From: an uncultured Gammaproteobacteria bacterium
GTDB taxonomy: Bacteria; Pseudomonadota; Gammaproteobacteria; GCA-002705445; GCA-002716945
Length of the DNA stretch: 64,000 nt
Direction: 5' to 3'
Assembly: GCA_902559355.1 (NCBI GenBank)
Contig: CACEHM010000002.1
Span: 171,246-235,245, forward strand
Under the pieces are notes generated by a model. That model was not told the origin of the DNA. It saw nothing but the letters and a program-made list of their open reading frames with translations, and searched no databases. Shown in pieces: positions 29,641 through 42,314 of the stretch. Both the position numbers and the translations under genes were made by a program. Numbering within the stretch: the first letter of the stretch is position 1; every line of letters begins with the position of its first letter.

Positions 29641-29680
29641 GTTTTGAGTCCCTCGTGTCTACCAATTCCACCACAGTGGC
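29641..29680 (-). pseudogene. 5' half of the split tRNA-Leu(CAA): acceptor 5' strand, D-arm, anticodon 5' stem and loop
   Basis: The minus strand reads GCCACTG-TG-GTG-GAATTGGTAGA-CAC-G-AGGGA-CTCAAAA, then diverges into GAAGACGG... with no anticodon 3' stem or T-arm. AGGGA pairs with TCCCT in the fragment at 24929-24933. Confidence 0.65.
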
Positions 29681-29717
29681 ATAATATTATTTATTTATGT
29701 GTTATCATTACAGAATA

Positions 29718-29915
29718 ATGGATTATATCACATATATTGTTCTCATTGTTCTCGTAATATTCGGTGTCATATATTTTAAAAAACAGTTTTTACTCTCTAG
29801 AGATATTCGTTTAGAAGATACAACACTAGAAGAACTAGATGAAAAATTAAAAAAGCATAAATTAATTGGCGGACGCCATAAAAGAACTAATAAAAAGAAC
29901 CCGCCAATAGTTTAG
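29718..29915 (+). CDS. small single-TM hypothetical protein
   Basis: MDYITYIVLIVLVIFGVIYF gives a TM helix followed by a charged tail. The ORF track starts 21 nt earlier, at 29697. Confidence 0.3.
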   Translation: MDYITYIVLIVLVIFGVIYFKKQFLLSRDIRLEDTTLEELDEKLKKHKLIGGRHKRTNKKNPPIV

Positions 29916-30355
29916 CTGTTTTCTTCTTTTGCAGACTGAGCCATTTTAGCCATCTCAGGCGTATATGCCTCACCTTGCCAGAGCATATCATAGACTATTT
30001 CTTCATTTCCATTTTCACAAAGATCTATTACTTTTTGGAATAAAGGTTGGAACTTATCACTTTTATGAGAGTTTTCATGTTCTTCATATGATTTCCAATA
30101 AGTTATTATAAGAGCTTCCTTGTCCTTTAGATCACTTTCTAGAGCTTTACCTAAATTACTTCCTTCATTAGATATTTGTCCACTATTCAAAACAACCATA
30201 CCCCCTATAAAACCAGTTTCTGAGTGATATGTTTTTACATTTTCGCACATTAAAGCCACTCTTTCTTGCAGTTCGTCTAAAGTACGGCCTTTTTTAAGAA
30301 TTACACGATTGATGGTAACGATACCATCATGAGGGAAACCTTTTATTAATGCCAT
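29912..30355 (-). CDS. ABM-domain (antibiotic biosynthesis monooxygenase-like) protein
   Basis: ITYWKSYEEHENSHKSDKFQ fits the ABM W-x-S-x-E-x-H-x-x-S-x-x-F pattern. Weak. Confidence 0.35.
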   Translation of the reverse strand: MALIKGFPHDGIVTINRVILKKGRTLDELQERVALMCENVKTYHSETGFIGGMVVLNSGQISNEGSNLGKALESDLKDKEALIITYWKSYEEHENSHKSDKFQPLFQKVIDLCENGNEEIVYDMLWQGEAYTPEMAKMAQSAKEENS

Positions 30356-30452
30356 GTTACACTCCTTTGTGTATTGATTGAATCTATGAACTACCTATTT
30401 TGTAACAAATTTCTTTTTAATTTGCAATGATGATGATCTATAATTCAGCCCT

Positions 30453-32887
<2,435 letters not shown>

Positions 32888-32888
<1 letters not shown>

Positions 32889-34672
32889 TGCATAAGTATC
32901 CTACCTGGAAATATATTTTAGTACTAATAGTTTTAACTTATGCAGTAATTTATTCATTACCAAATTTTTATAACACATACCCATCTATTAATGTTACAAC
33001 GTTCGAGAACAAAGAAATATCTAAGGAAGAGTTATTAACGCTTTCAAACAAACATAAATTTTCTAATATTGGTATTGATGGAAATAGCATCTTTTTTGAA
33101 TCGATAGATAATCAACTAAAAGCATACAATAAATTATCTCAAGAAAAACTGTATCAGTATACGCTCAGTAATTATAATCAAATTCCTCGATGGTTAAGTG
33201 CTATTAATGCAAACCCTGTTTCATTGGGCCTTGACTTAAAAGGAGGGGTTCATTTCTTACTTCAAATAGACAGTGAAAACGTAAAAAAATCTAGAGTGAA
33301 TCAACTAGAGAGTAATCTTAGGAATTTTTTTATTGATAATGGCATAAGGTATAGCAGCTTTGTAAGTAATGATGAAAAAGTCACTTTCAATTTATCGAAT
33401 AAAACAATTGATCCAGAAGTTATGACTATACTTGAAGATAACTTTTCAGACTATGAAATAATTACTACTGATTCAAATGATGGATTAGATCTAATTGCCA
33501 ACTTATCACAAGAATCATTAGATAATGATATTAAAGCCTCAATGAAAAAGAATATCACTATTCTAAGATCACGAGTGAATGAGCTTGGAGTTTCTCAACC
33601 CATTATTCAACAACAAGGAAAAGAACGTATAATAGTTCAGCTCCCAGGACTTCAAGATTCTACAAGAGCTAAAAATATACTTGGCTCTACGGCAACACTT
33701 GAATTCAGATTAACAAAAGGGACTCCTGATGATTGGAATCAATCACTAGCAGCGGGAACAAATACCATCAGTGAATCACTTCTTTACAGGCACAAAAATG
33801 GTTCACCAATCTTGCTTTCAAGAAATGTAATTGCTTCTGGAAAAGATATTGAAGGAGCAAATTCAGGTTTTGACGGTCAGACCAATCAGCCTGCTGTCTT
33901 TGTAAACTTAAGCTCATTTGGCGCTTCTAATATGTTAGAGACTACTTCGAGAAATATTGGAAATAGGATGGCTGTAGTCTTTGTAGAACAAGATAAAAAT
34001 CAAGTTATTAATGTTGCTACAATTAGAGAGGCATTCAGCAAGCGTTTTCAAATTACTGGCCTTGATCTTCAAGAAGCTAAAGATTTAGCAATACTTTTAA
34101 GGTCAGGTTCATTGAGCGCACCTATGGCTATAGTAGAAGAGAGAACAGTTGGACCTAGCTTGGGTAGTCAAAATATTATCTCAGGACGAGACTCAATGGC
34201 ATTAGGGATGATGTTAGTTATTATATTTATGTTTATTTATTATAAAAAATTTGGCTTTGTAGCAAACATAGCATTAATAGTTAACATCTTAATAATTACT
34301 GCAACATTATCATTATTTCAGGCTACTTTGACTTTATCGGGTATAGCTGGAATTGTACTGACAGTTGGAATGGCCGTAGATGCCAATGTACTCATATATG
34401 AACGAATAAGAGAAGAGCTCCTTAATGGGAATAGCCCAAATGCTAGTATTATTTCTGGGTATAATAAAGCATTCTCAACAATCTCTGATGCAAATATTAC
34501 TACGTTAATAGCTGCTATTGCTCTACTAACCATAGGTACTGGCGTTGTAAAAGGGTTTGCTGTCACTCTTGTCATAGGAATACTATCCTCAATGTTTACA
34601 GCAATCGTTGGGACGAGAGCTATAGTAAGTATCATTTACGAAAATAAAAATAACAAAGGACTGTCTATATAA
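32888..34672 (+). CDS. secD: protein translocase subunit SecD
   Basis: Large periplasmic domain followed by a C-terminal 6-TM bundle; yajC-secD-secF order. Confidence 0.9.
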
Positions 34673-35562
34673 TGTTTAGAATTGTCAAAGATTTAGATAT
34701 TAAATTTATGAATATTAGAAGAGTTCCATTAATCATATCTGCTCTATTAATATTTATTTCTATGTCAAGTATAGCAGTGAAAGGCTTCAATTTCGGTATA
34801 GACTTTTCAAGTGGGTACATTGTACAGCTGAAATTTGACAATCAAGTTACAGTTGCAACTATTCAGGAAAAACTATATGAAAACAACTTAAACGATGTTT
34901 CGGTTCAGTTATATGGCTCTAGTAATGAAATATTAATAAAGCTTAGAGATGAAGAAATATTTAAAAAAATAAATATTAATAATCATATTAATGAAATCTT
35001 TAAAGATGATACTTTTATTATAACAAAACTTGAATATGTTGGAGCACAGGTAGGTAGCGAATTAAGAGATAAAGGAGAATGGGCAATGTTAATTGCACTA
35101 TTTAGTATTCTTATTTATGTTGCTCTAAGATTCGAGCTGATCTATGGATTAGGTGCTATATCAGCACTAGTGCATGATGTGATAATTACTCTTGGAATAT
35201 TTTCGTTTTTCAATCTAACCTTTGACCTTAGTGTCCTAGCTGCAATTTTAGCTGTAATAGGTTACTCACTAAATGATTCGATTGTCGTTTTTGATCGTAT
35301 AAGGGAGAATAATATCATTCTCAGGAAACTTTCAATATTTGACGTTCTTGATAAATCGATAAATCAGACTCTATCTAGAACGCTTGTAACATCACTGACT
35401 ACACTATTGGTCATAATATCGTTGTTAATGTTTGGAGGCAATGCTGTAGAAAACTTCGCTATCGCAATGCTAATAGGCATAATAATTGGGACTTATTCTT
35501 CAATCTTTATAGCGAGTGCAAGCTTATCTTATTTTGGGATAACTAGGCCTGAGGAAAATTAA
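34672..35562 (+). CDS. secF: protein translocase subunit SecF
   Basis: SecF topology and motifs (FGIDFSSG...). Confidence 0.9.
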   Translation: MFRIVKDLDIKFMNIRRVPLIISALLIFISMSSIAVKGFNFGIDFSSGYIVQLKFDNQVTVATIQEKLYENNLNDVSVQLYGSSNEILIKLRDEEIFKKININNHINEIFKDDTFIITKLEYVGAQVGSELRDKGEWAMLIALFSILIYVALRFELIYGLGAISALVHDVIITLGIFSFFNLTFDLSVLAAILAVIGYSLNDSIVVFDRIRENNIILRKLSIFDVLDKSINQTLSRTLVTSLTTLLVIISLLMFGGNAVENFAIAMLIGIIIGTYSSIFIASASLSYFGITRPEEN

Positions 35563-36290
35563 TTTAGTTTTTTCATATTATTTTCATTAGCCAGTATCAA
35601 ATAATCGCCAGATGTTTCTATGATAATTCCAGCTTCTTTCGCAATAAGTATACAATCTTGATTATGATTATATTCATCCATACTTAATAAATAAAAGTCA
35701 ATTAGACCTCTTGAAAGGTAAATTAATTCAACAGATACAGAATTAAGAGATATTTTTTCCATAGTATTAAAATATTCAGGAATAATTATATCTTTAGAAG
35801 TTCCATAAATAAGTCTTTCTGTACTAATATTTGATCTAATCTTCCTCTGATTATTTACAGAACCAGAACCTTTCTCGCTAAATAGCAATATATCTAGAAA
35901 TGGGTTTAATAAGAACGAAGATATAACATTTTTTTTGTGAATAATTGATAATGATAAAGTCCAAAAAGGTAATTTCCTACAAAAGTTATCATAATCATGT
36001 ATAAAGTTAATTGCCCATACATACGACTCCTCTTTATGTTTTGATGCGTTGTAGATAATATTAGGATCTTCTAGACGAAGTCGCTTCTCATCCTCTATAT
36101 ATGTAAAACTAATAAAATCATTTTCACCAAACTTATAATATGTATTAATATGTTCTACAGCTTTACTCGTAAGTATTTCTCTTACAGGCATATTTTTTAG
36201 TGCATCAGTACTTTTATTAATAAAGAATCTTCTGACTTCCTCTTCAATAAGTTCGCCTGCAGATTTTGCTATATTCAGTCTTGGTTGCAT
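35559..36290 (-). CDS. suhB: SuhB/inositol-monophosphatase-family protein with degenerate metal-binding motif
   Basis: The N-terminus MQPRLNIAKSAGELI parallels SuhB MHPMLNIAVRAARKAG. The gene is divergent from trmJ-iscR, as suhB is in enterics. The W-V-I-DPLDGT-TNF region reads W-A-I-NFIHDY-DNF, so both Asp of DPxDGT are lost. Confidence 0.6.
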   Translation of the reverse strand: MQPRLNIAKSAGELIEEEVRRFFINKSTDALKNMPVREILTSKAVEHINTYYKFGENDFISFTYIEDEKRLRLEDPNIIYNASKHKEESYVWAINFIHDYDNFCRKLPFWTLSLSIIHKKNVISSFLLNPFLDILLFSEKGSGSVNNQRKIRSNISTERLIYGTSKDIIIPEYFNTMEKISLNSVSVELIYLSRGLIDFYLLSMDEYNHNQDCILIAKEAGIIIETSGDYLILANENNMKKLN

Positions 36291-37034
36291 AATATAATTT
36301 TGTTAGATAGTGTATATTACATTATGTCTAGTAATATTAATATTGTTTTAGTTAAGACCAGTCACCCAGGAAATATTGGCTCTACAGCAAGGGCTATGAA
36401 AACTATGGGTTTAAAGAATCTCACTCTCGTGCAACCAAAAAACTTTCCATCCGATATTGCAAAAGCACAAGCTGTTGGATGTGTTGACATTTTAAATAAT
36501 GCTAATATTACTACAGTTTTAAAAGAGGCTTTAGGTTCTTCAAAATTAGCAATCGGCTTCTCAGCAAGATCTAGAAAATCAAATATACCATCACTTTCAA
36601 TGAATGAATTGATGGACCTATTGAATGTGTATGATAAAGAAAATGTTTCTATTGTTTTTGGAAATGAGCAATCAGGTTTATCTAATGAAGAACTTCAATT
36701 ATGTAATTATCTAGTATCTATTCCTACAGACAGTGCTTATACCTCTCTAAATTTAGCATCTTCAGTTCAAATATTTTCTTATGAGTACTTTAAATCATGT
36801 GACGCTAAACCAATCTCCAAAAAACTTCAAGATTTAGCAAGTCATTCCAGTAAACTTGTCTTGATAGAGAAATTTTTATCAATAATGTCTGACTTAGATA
36901 TCATTACAGAAAAGAATAAAAAATCACTTGTCCAAAATATTCATATAATTTTTAATAAAACAAATTTTACTGAAAATGAAGTCAATTTATACCTTGGTAT
37001 TCTTACTAAAATAGGAAAAGCCTTAAAAAAATAA
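36285..37034 (+). CDS. trmJ: tRNA (cytidine/uridine-2'-O)-methyltransferase TrmJ (SpoU family)
   Basis: SPOUT motifs (VLVKTSHPGNIGSTARAMKTMG, VFGNEQSGLSNEEL), located upstream of iscR. Confidence 0.8.
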   Translation: MHNIILLDSVYYIMSSNINIVLVKTSHPGNIGSTARAMKTMGLKNLTLVQPKNFPSDIAKAQAVGCVDILNNANITTVLKEALGSSKLAIGFSARSRKSNIPSLSMNELMDLLNVYDKENVSIVFGNEQSGLSNEELQLCNYLVSIPTDSAYTSLNLASSVQIFSYEYFKSCDAKPISKKLQDLASHSSKLVLIEKFLSIMSDLDIITEKNKKSLVQNIHIIFNKTNFTENEVNLYLGILTKIGKALKK

Positions 37035-37072
37035 TTGTTGACTAGATAAGTCAGGTATATGATAATTCACTC

Positions 37073-37519
37073 ATGAAATTAAGTACTAAATCAAGATATG
37101 CTATCACAGCTATAATTGACCTTGCGCAAAATCAAAATGGCGCAGTTTCTCTTAAGGATATCTCTATTAGACAGGGAATATCCCTTTCTTATTTAGAACA
37201 GCTTTTTTGTAAATTGAAAAATAAAAAAGTTGTAACAAGTAGAAGAGGGCCTGGTGGCGGATACACTTTGAATAGAAAAAGCAGTGATATTTCATTGTTT
37301 CAAATTATTACAGCTGTAGATGAAAATATTGATCAAACCCAATGCGCAGGAAGCATGAATTGCTTAAAAGATAAACCATGTACAACGCATCATGTTTGGA
37401 CCGGACTTAATAAAATTATAAAGGACTATATGAAAAGCATAACTATTGAAGATGTAATTACAAATCAAGTTATACATAATTTGCATGATGCAAGGGAGAG
37501 CAAGACTCATGTCAGCTAA
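37073..37519 (+). CDS. iscR: Fe-S cluster assembly transcriptional regulator IscR (Rrf2 family)
   Basis: An Rrf2 helix-turn-helix ([18 protein letters not shown]...[10 protein letters not shown]) and Cys ligands (CAGSMNC...C). Confidence 0.85.
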   Translation: MKLSTKSRYAITAIIDLAQNQNGAVSLKDISIRQGISLSYLEQLFCKLKNKKVVTSRRGPGGGYTLNRKSSDISLFQIITAVDENIDQTQCAGSMNCLKDKPCTTHHVWTGLNKIIKDYMKSITIEDVITNQVIHNLHDARESKTHVS

Positions 37520-38756
37520 CACTAAAAAAATAAATTCTACTTTAAGTATTCCAATATATTTGGATTACTCATCAACAACACCTGTGGATAAACGTGTTGC
37601 TGATAAAATGTCGGAGTGTCTAACACTAGATGGAGCTTTTGGAAATCCAGCTTCAAGGTCACACTCTTTTGGTTGGGATAGCGACCATCTTATTAAAACA
37701 GCACGAGCAAATGTTGCTAATCTTCTTAAATGTGATAGCAAAGAAATTGTTTGGACTAGTGGTGCAACCGAATCTAACAATCTTGCAATCAAAGGCGCTG
37801 CACATTTTTATAAATCTAAAGGTGATCATTTAATTACACTTACAACTGAACATAAAGCAGTTTTAGATACTATGAGACAGTTAGAGCTTGAAGGGTACAA
37901 TGTAACATACCTTGATCCTGAGCCAAATGGATTAGTAGATCTTAAAAAACTAGAAGATGCCATAACAGAGAAAACTCTTCTTGTATCCATAATGCATGTA
38001 AATAATGAAATAGGCGTCATACAAGATTTGGAAAGTATTGGTAAATTATGTAAAAAGCATAAAATATTATTTCATGTTGATGCTGCTCAAAGCCCAGGGA
38101 AAGTTGATATTGATGTAAATAAATTTAATGTTGATTTAATGTCATTATCTGCTCATAAAGTCTATGGGCCAAAAGGCATAGGAGCTTTATTCATTAGAAG
38201 AAAGCCTAGAGTTAGGTTAGAAGCTCAAATGCATGGAGGAGGCCATGAAAGAGGTTTTAGATCTGGTACTCTACCAACTCATCAAATAGTAGGAATGGGA
38301 GAAGCTTTCAGAATTGCAAATGAAGAAATGGAAGTTGATAACATACGTATAAGAAAACTTAGAGATAAATTTTGGGCTCAACTTAAAGATGTTGAAGAAA
38401 TATATCTAAATGGTGATTTAGACAGCAGAATCCCTGGAAACCTTAACGTTAGTTTCAATTATGTTGAGGGTGAAAGCTTAATCATGGCAATTAAAGATAT
38501 CGCTGTATCATCAGGTTCAGCATGTACCTCTGCCAGTCTAGAGCCTAGTTATGTTCTTCGTGCACTTGGAAGAGATGATGAACTGGCTCATAGTTCAATT
38601 AGAATTACTATCGGAAGATACACAACTGAAGAAGAAGTCGATTATGCAGTGGAATTGTTAAAAAAATCTGTAGCCAAGCTTAGAGATTTATCACCATTAT
38701 GGGATATGTATAAAGATGGTGTGGATATTAAATCTATCAAATGGAATACACATTAA
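37509..38756 (+). CDS. iscS: cysteine desulfurase IscS
   Basis: N-terminus [15 protein letters not shown]-Lys region [15 protein letters not shown], active-site loop SSGSACTS, and a C-terminus ([20 protein letters not shown]) close to E. coli IscS. The ORF is open upstream to 37485. Confidence 0.9.
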   Translation: MSANTKKINSTLSIPIYLDYSSTTPVDKRVADKMSECLTLDGAFGNPASRSHSFGWDSDHLIKTARANVANLLKCDSKEIVWTSGATESNNLAIKGAAHFYKSKGDHLITLTTEHKAVLDTMRQLELEGYNVTYLDPEPNGLVDLKKLEDAITEKTLLVSIMHVNNEIGVIQDLESIGKLCKKHKILFHVDAAQSPGKVDIDVNKFNVDLMSLSAHKVYGPKGIGALFIRRKPRVRLEAQMHGGGHERGFRSGTLPTHQIVGMGEAFRIANEEMEVDNIRIRKLRDKFWAQLKDVEEIYLNGDLDSRIPGNLNVSFNYVEGESLIMAIKDIAVSSGSACTSASLEPSYVLRALGRDDELAHSSIRITIGRYTTEEEVDYAVELLKKSVAKLRDLSPLWDMYKDGVDIKSIKWNTH

Positions 38757-38759
38757 TTC

Positions 38760-39080
38760 ATGATTAGTATAACTGAAAAAGCAGCAGATCATATTAAGGG
38801 ACAATTAAGCCAACGTGGTAAAGGTCTAGGCATAAGACTTGGTGTGAAAACTACTGGATGCTCAGGATTAGCATATGTTATAGAGTTCGCTGATAGTGAA
38901 AATGACGATGATAATGTATTTTTAGACAAAGGAATTAAGTTAATAGTAAATCCAAAAAGCTATGTTTATTTAAAAGGCACTGAAGTAGATTTTGCAAAAG
39001 AGGGTATCAATGAAGGATTTAAGTTTAAGAATCCAAATGTAAAAGATACTTGTGGTTGCGGCGAAAGCTTCAATGTGTAA
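38760..39080 (+). CDS. iscA: Fe-S cluster A-type carrier IscA
   Basis: HesB-family protein with the C-terminal CGCGESF motif. It starts 4 nt after the iscS stop. Confidence 0.8.
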   Translation: MISITEKAADHIKGQLSQRGKGLGIRLGVKTTGCSGLAYVIEFADSENDDDNVFLDKGIKLIVNPKSYVYLKGTEVDFAKEGINEGFKFKNPNVKDTCGCGESFNV

Positions 39081-39571
39081 TGTCACCACTAAACCTTACT
39101 TATTTCGAAATATTTGATGTAGAAATTAACATCTCTATAGATCTTAATGATCTAGACTCGAAATATCTAAAACTACAATCAAAGTTCCATCCTGATAAGT
39201 TTGTCAATGCATCTTCAATTGAAAAATCTATGGCAGTGAGAATATCAACTCATATCAATGATGGTTATAAAACACTAAAAGATCTTGTATCAAGAGTAGA
39301 TTATATTTTAAAAATTAATAACTTTATTATTGACGAAAATAAAACCTTTAAAAACAGTAAATTCTTAGTTGAACAAATGGAACTTACAGAGATAATCAAA
39401 GATAGTGAAAAATCTAAATATGACGCTATTAGAATGGATATTAAAAATAAAATATCTTTATTAATTATAGAGATGAAAAATAATCTTTTTAACAAAGATT
39501 TTGATATACTTCACCAAAATAATTCAATGATAAAATTTTACAAAAAAAACATCAATCAACTCAGTATGTAA
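39080..39571 (+). CDS. hscB: co-chaperone HscB (J-domain)
   Basis: J-domain with HPDKF, upstream of hscA. The start is taken at the ATG that overlaps the iscA stop. Confidence 0.7.
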   Translation: MSPLNLTYFEIFDVEINISIDLNDLDSKYLKLQSKFHPDKFVNASSIEKSMAVRISTHINDGYKTLKDLVSRVDYILKINNFIIDENKTFKNSKFLVEQMELTEIIKDSEKSKYDAIRMDIKNKISLLIIEMKNNLFNKDFDILHQNNSMIKFYKKNINQLSM

Positions 39572-39572
39572 T

Positions 39573-41372
39573 ATGGCTTTAATACAGATATCTGATCCAG
39601 AAATTAAAACCGAGATAAAAAGAAAATTCTCTGTTGGTATTGACCTTGGAACCACCCATTCATTGATAGCAGAAAGAGTAAACAATAAGATTACAATCTT
39701 TGAGGAAAATGGCTCTTCTTTAATTCCGTCTATAGTTTCAGAAGTTGAGGGAAACTTAGTTATTGGTCAAAAACATCATAATAATTCAATATCATCCATA
39801 AAAAGACTTATGGGCTTGACTTCAGATGAAACCTTAAAAATTGACTTTGGTAAATTATTAATTGATTCAAGCCTGGATATGCCAACAGTAAAACTCGGAG
39901 AAAAAAAATATAATGCTATAGAGCTATCATCAAAAATTCTCTCCCATTTATGCTCTATTGCACATAATGATAAGTCTGTTGAATCTGCTGTTATAACGGT
40001 ACCAGCATACTTCAATGATATGCAGCGGCAAGCTACAAAATTAGCTGCAGAGATGGCAGATATTGAGGTATTACGCTTAATTAGCGAACCTACAGCGGCT
40101 GCAATTGCTTATGGTATTCAAGATAACCAGAAAGGAAATTTTATTATTTATGATTTAGGTGGTGGCACTTTTGATGTCTCAGTTCTAACAATTGATAAAG
40201 GTATATTTAAGGTTCTCTCTACTAAAGGCGACACACATCTGGGAGGCGATGATATAGATAGATTGTTGGTTGAGTATATATGTACTAGATATGAAAATTT
40301 ATTAAACCTATCTACAATTGATTTGTATAAACTAGCAAGATCGTTAAAACATCAGTTATCACAAAAAAATATTGCTATAGAGAATAGTCATAATGTCTCA
40401 GTTTCTATCGATGATTTTAATAGTATAATTAATCCGCTAATAGAAAAAACTATCAATATTATAACTGAGGCACTCAATGAATCGTCATTAAGTATAGATC
40501 AAATAAATAATATCATTTTAGTTGGAGGATCATCGAGACTTAAGCTTGTTAAAGAAAAGCTTAATAAAAAATATAATATTAATATTTTAGATCATCTTAA
40601 TCCAGATACTGTGGTTGCTGAGGGTGCTGCTATACAAGCAGAGATTTTATCAGGAAATACTAAAGATGATCTACTATTACTAGACGTATTACCTCTATCA
40701 CTTGGCGTTGAAACATATGGTGGGCTCTCAGAAAAAGTTATTACTAGAAATACTCCAATTCCTACATCATCAGAAAAAACATTTACTACATTTAAAGATG
40801 GACAAACTAAAATGATGATTAAAATAGTCCAAGGTGAGAGAGAGGACATATCGGAATGTATATCTTTAGGTGAATTTGTTTTATCTGATATTCCACCTCT
40901 TGTCGCTGGTGCTGCAAGAATACTTGTTAGGTTTCAAGTTGATGCTGACGGCCTATTAACTGTTAGTGCAAAAGAACAAACCATAAATAAGGAAGCATCA
41001 ATAGTAATTAAGCCTTCACATGGTTTAACTCCTGAGAAAATTCAAGAAATGATCACTTCATCTAATAAAAAAGCTGAAACTGATAAAGACTTTAGAGCTC
41101 TAAAAGAGCATATTGTTGAATCTGAAAGAGCAATTTATGCAATAGAGGAGGCCTTGAAGACAGACAGCGATGAATTATTGAATAAAACTGAACTTAAATT
41201 GATCAATGATGCCGTTACAAAGTTAAAAAATACCATCAAAACAAATCATCTAGATGCTATTAAAGACGCAAATAAAAATCTTGAAAATATTTGCGAATTT
41301 TATGTAGAACGAAGAATGAATAATAGCATCAAGTCATTAATTACAGGCAAAGATATTAATGATATAGTGTGA
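39573..41372 (+). CDS. hscA: Fe-S assembly chaperone HscA (Hsp70-type)
   Basis: Hsp70 signatures ([27 protein letters not shown]). Confidence 0.9.
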   Translation: MALIQISDPEIKTEIKRKFSVGIDLGTTHSLIAERVNNKITIFEENGSSLIPSIVSEVEGNLVIGQKHHNNSISSIKRLMGLTSDETLKIDFGKLLIDSSLDMPTVKLGEKKYNAIELSSKILSHLCSIAHNDKSVESAVITVPAYFNDMQRQATKLAAEMADIEVLRLISEPTAAAIAYGIQDNQKGNFIIYDLGGGTFDVSVLTIDKGIFKVLSTKGDTHLGGDDIDRLLVEYICTRYENLLNLSTIDLYKLARSLKHQLSQKNIAIENSHNVSVSIDDFNSIINPLIEKTINIITEALNESSLSIDQINNIILVGGSSRLKLVKEKLNKKYNINILDHLNPDTVVAEGAAIQAEILSGNTKDDLLLLDVLPLSLGVETYGGLSEKVITRNTPIPTSSEKTFTTFKDGQTKMMIKIVQGEREDISECISLGEFVLSDIPPLVAGAARILVRFQVDADGLLTVSAKEQTINKEASIVIKPSHGLTPEKIQEMITSSNKKAETDKDFRALKEHIVESERAIYAIEEALKTDSDELLNKTELKLINDAVTKLKNTIKTNHLDAIKDANKNLENICEFYVERRMNNSIKSLITGKDINDIV

Positions 41373-41713
41373 TTATGCCAAAATTAACATTTCTACCAAA
41401 CTCTGAACTCTGTCCCGAAGGAATTACAGTTGATGCTAAAAAGGGTGATTCGATTTGCAAAATTGCCTTGGATAATGGAATAAAAATTGAACACGCATGT
41501 GAAATGTCATGTGCCTGTACAACATGTCATGTTTATATCAATAACGGTTATGATACTTTAGAATCACCAACTGATGATGAAGATGATTACCTTGACAAAG
41601 CATGGGGATTAAGACCGGAGTCACGACTAAGCTGTCAAGCCAAGATCGCAGATGATGATTTGGTTATAGAGATACCAAAATATACGATTAATCATGCTTC
41701 GGAGAATCACTAA
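41369..41713 (+). CDS. fdx: [2Fe-2S] ferredoxin of the ISC system
   Basis: Cys pattern [12 protein letters not shown]...C. Confidence 0.85.
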   Translation: MIMPKLTFLPNSELCPEGITVDAKKGDSICKIALDNGIKIEHACEMSCACTTCHVYINNGYDTLESPTDDEDDYLDKAWGLRPESRLSCQAKIADDDLVIEIPKYTINHASENH

Positions 41714-41913
41714 TGCCACTTAAATGGACAGATAGCCTTGATATTGCAATTGATTTAACTGAAAAATACCCTGATATAGATCCAAAGTACATTCGGTTTA
41801 CTGATCTCCATAAGTGGGTTGTTGAGTTAGAAGATTTTGAAGACAATCCTGATAATTCAAATGAGAAAATACTTGAAGCAATTCAAATGAACTGGATAGA
41901 GGAATCACAATAA
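41713..41913 (+). CDS. iscX: Fe-S assembly protein IscX
   Basis: 66 aa, acidic, beginning [15 protein letters not shown], immediately after fdx. Confidence 0.7.
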   Translation: MPLKWTDSLDIAIDLTEKYPDIDPKYIRFTDLHKWVVELEDFEDNPDNSNEKILEAIQMNWIEESQ

Positions 41914-42314
41914 TGGAACAGACCTTGGCGCTAATAAAACCTGATGCTGTTGAAAGAAATATAATTGGAAAAATATTAGCAATGATAGAAAATGATAACT
42001 TCAAAATAAGACATATGAAGTTAACTCAAATGTCTGAACAACTTGCTAAAACATTCTATGCTATTCATGAAGGAAAGTCATTTTATGATAAATTAATAAA
42101 ATATATGACCTCTGGAAGTATTATTGCGTTAGTACTTGAAAAAGAAAATGCTGTTGCAAGTTATAGAAAATTAATTGGAGCAACTGACCCAGCTAAAGCT
42201 GACGATAACACTATAAGAAAGCTTTATGCGCTTGATAAATCATTCAATTCAGTGCATGGCTCTGATTCAGTTGAAAATGCAAAGATAGAGATTTCTATTA
42301 TGTTCGGTGACTAA
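41913..42314 (+). CDS. ndk: nucleoside-diphosphate kinase
   Basis: N-terminus LALIKPDAVERNIIG, active-site His in NSVHGSDS, and the C-terminal EISIMF. Confidence 0.85.
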   Translation: MEQTLALIKPDAVERNIIGKILAMIENDNFKIRHMKLTQMSEQLAKTFYAIHEGKSFYDKLIKYMTSGSIIALVLEKENAVASYRKLIGATDPAKADDNTIRKLYALDKSFNSVHGSDSVENAKIEISIMFGD

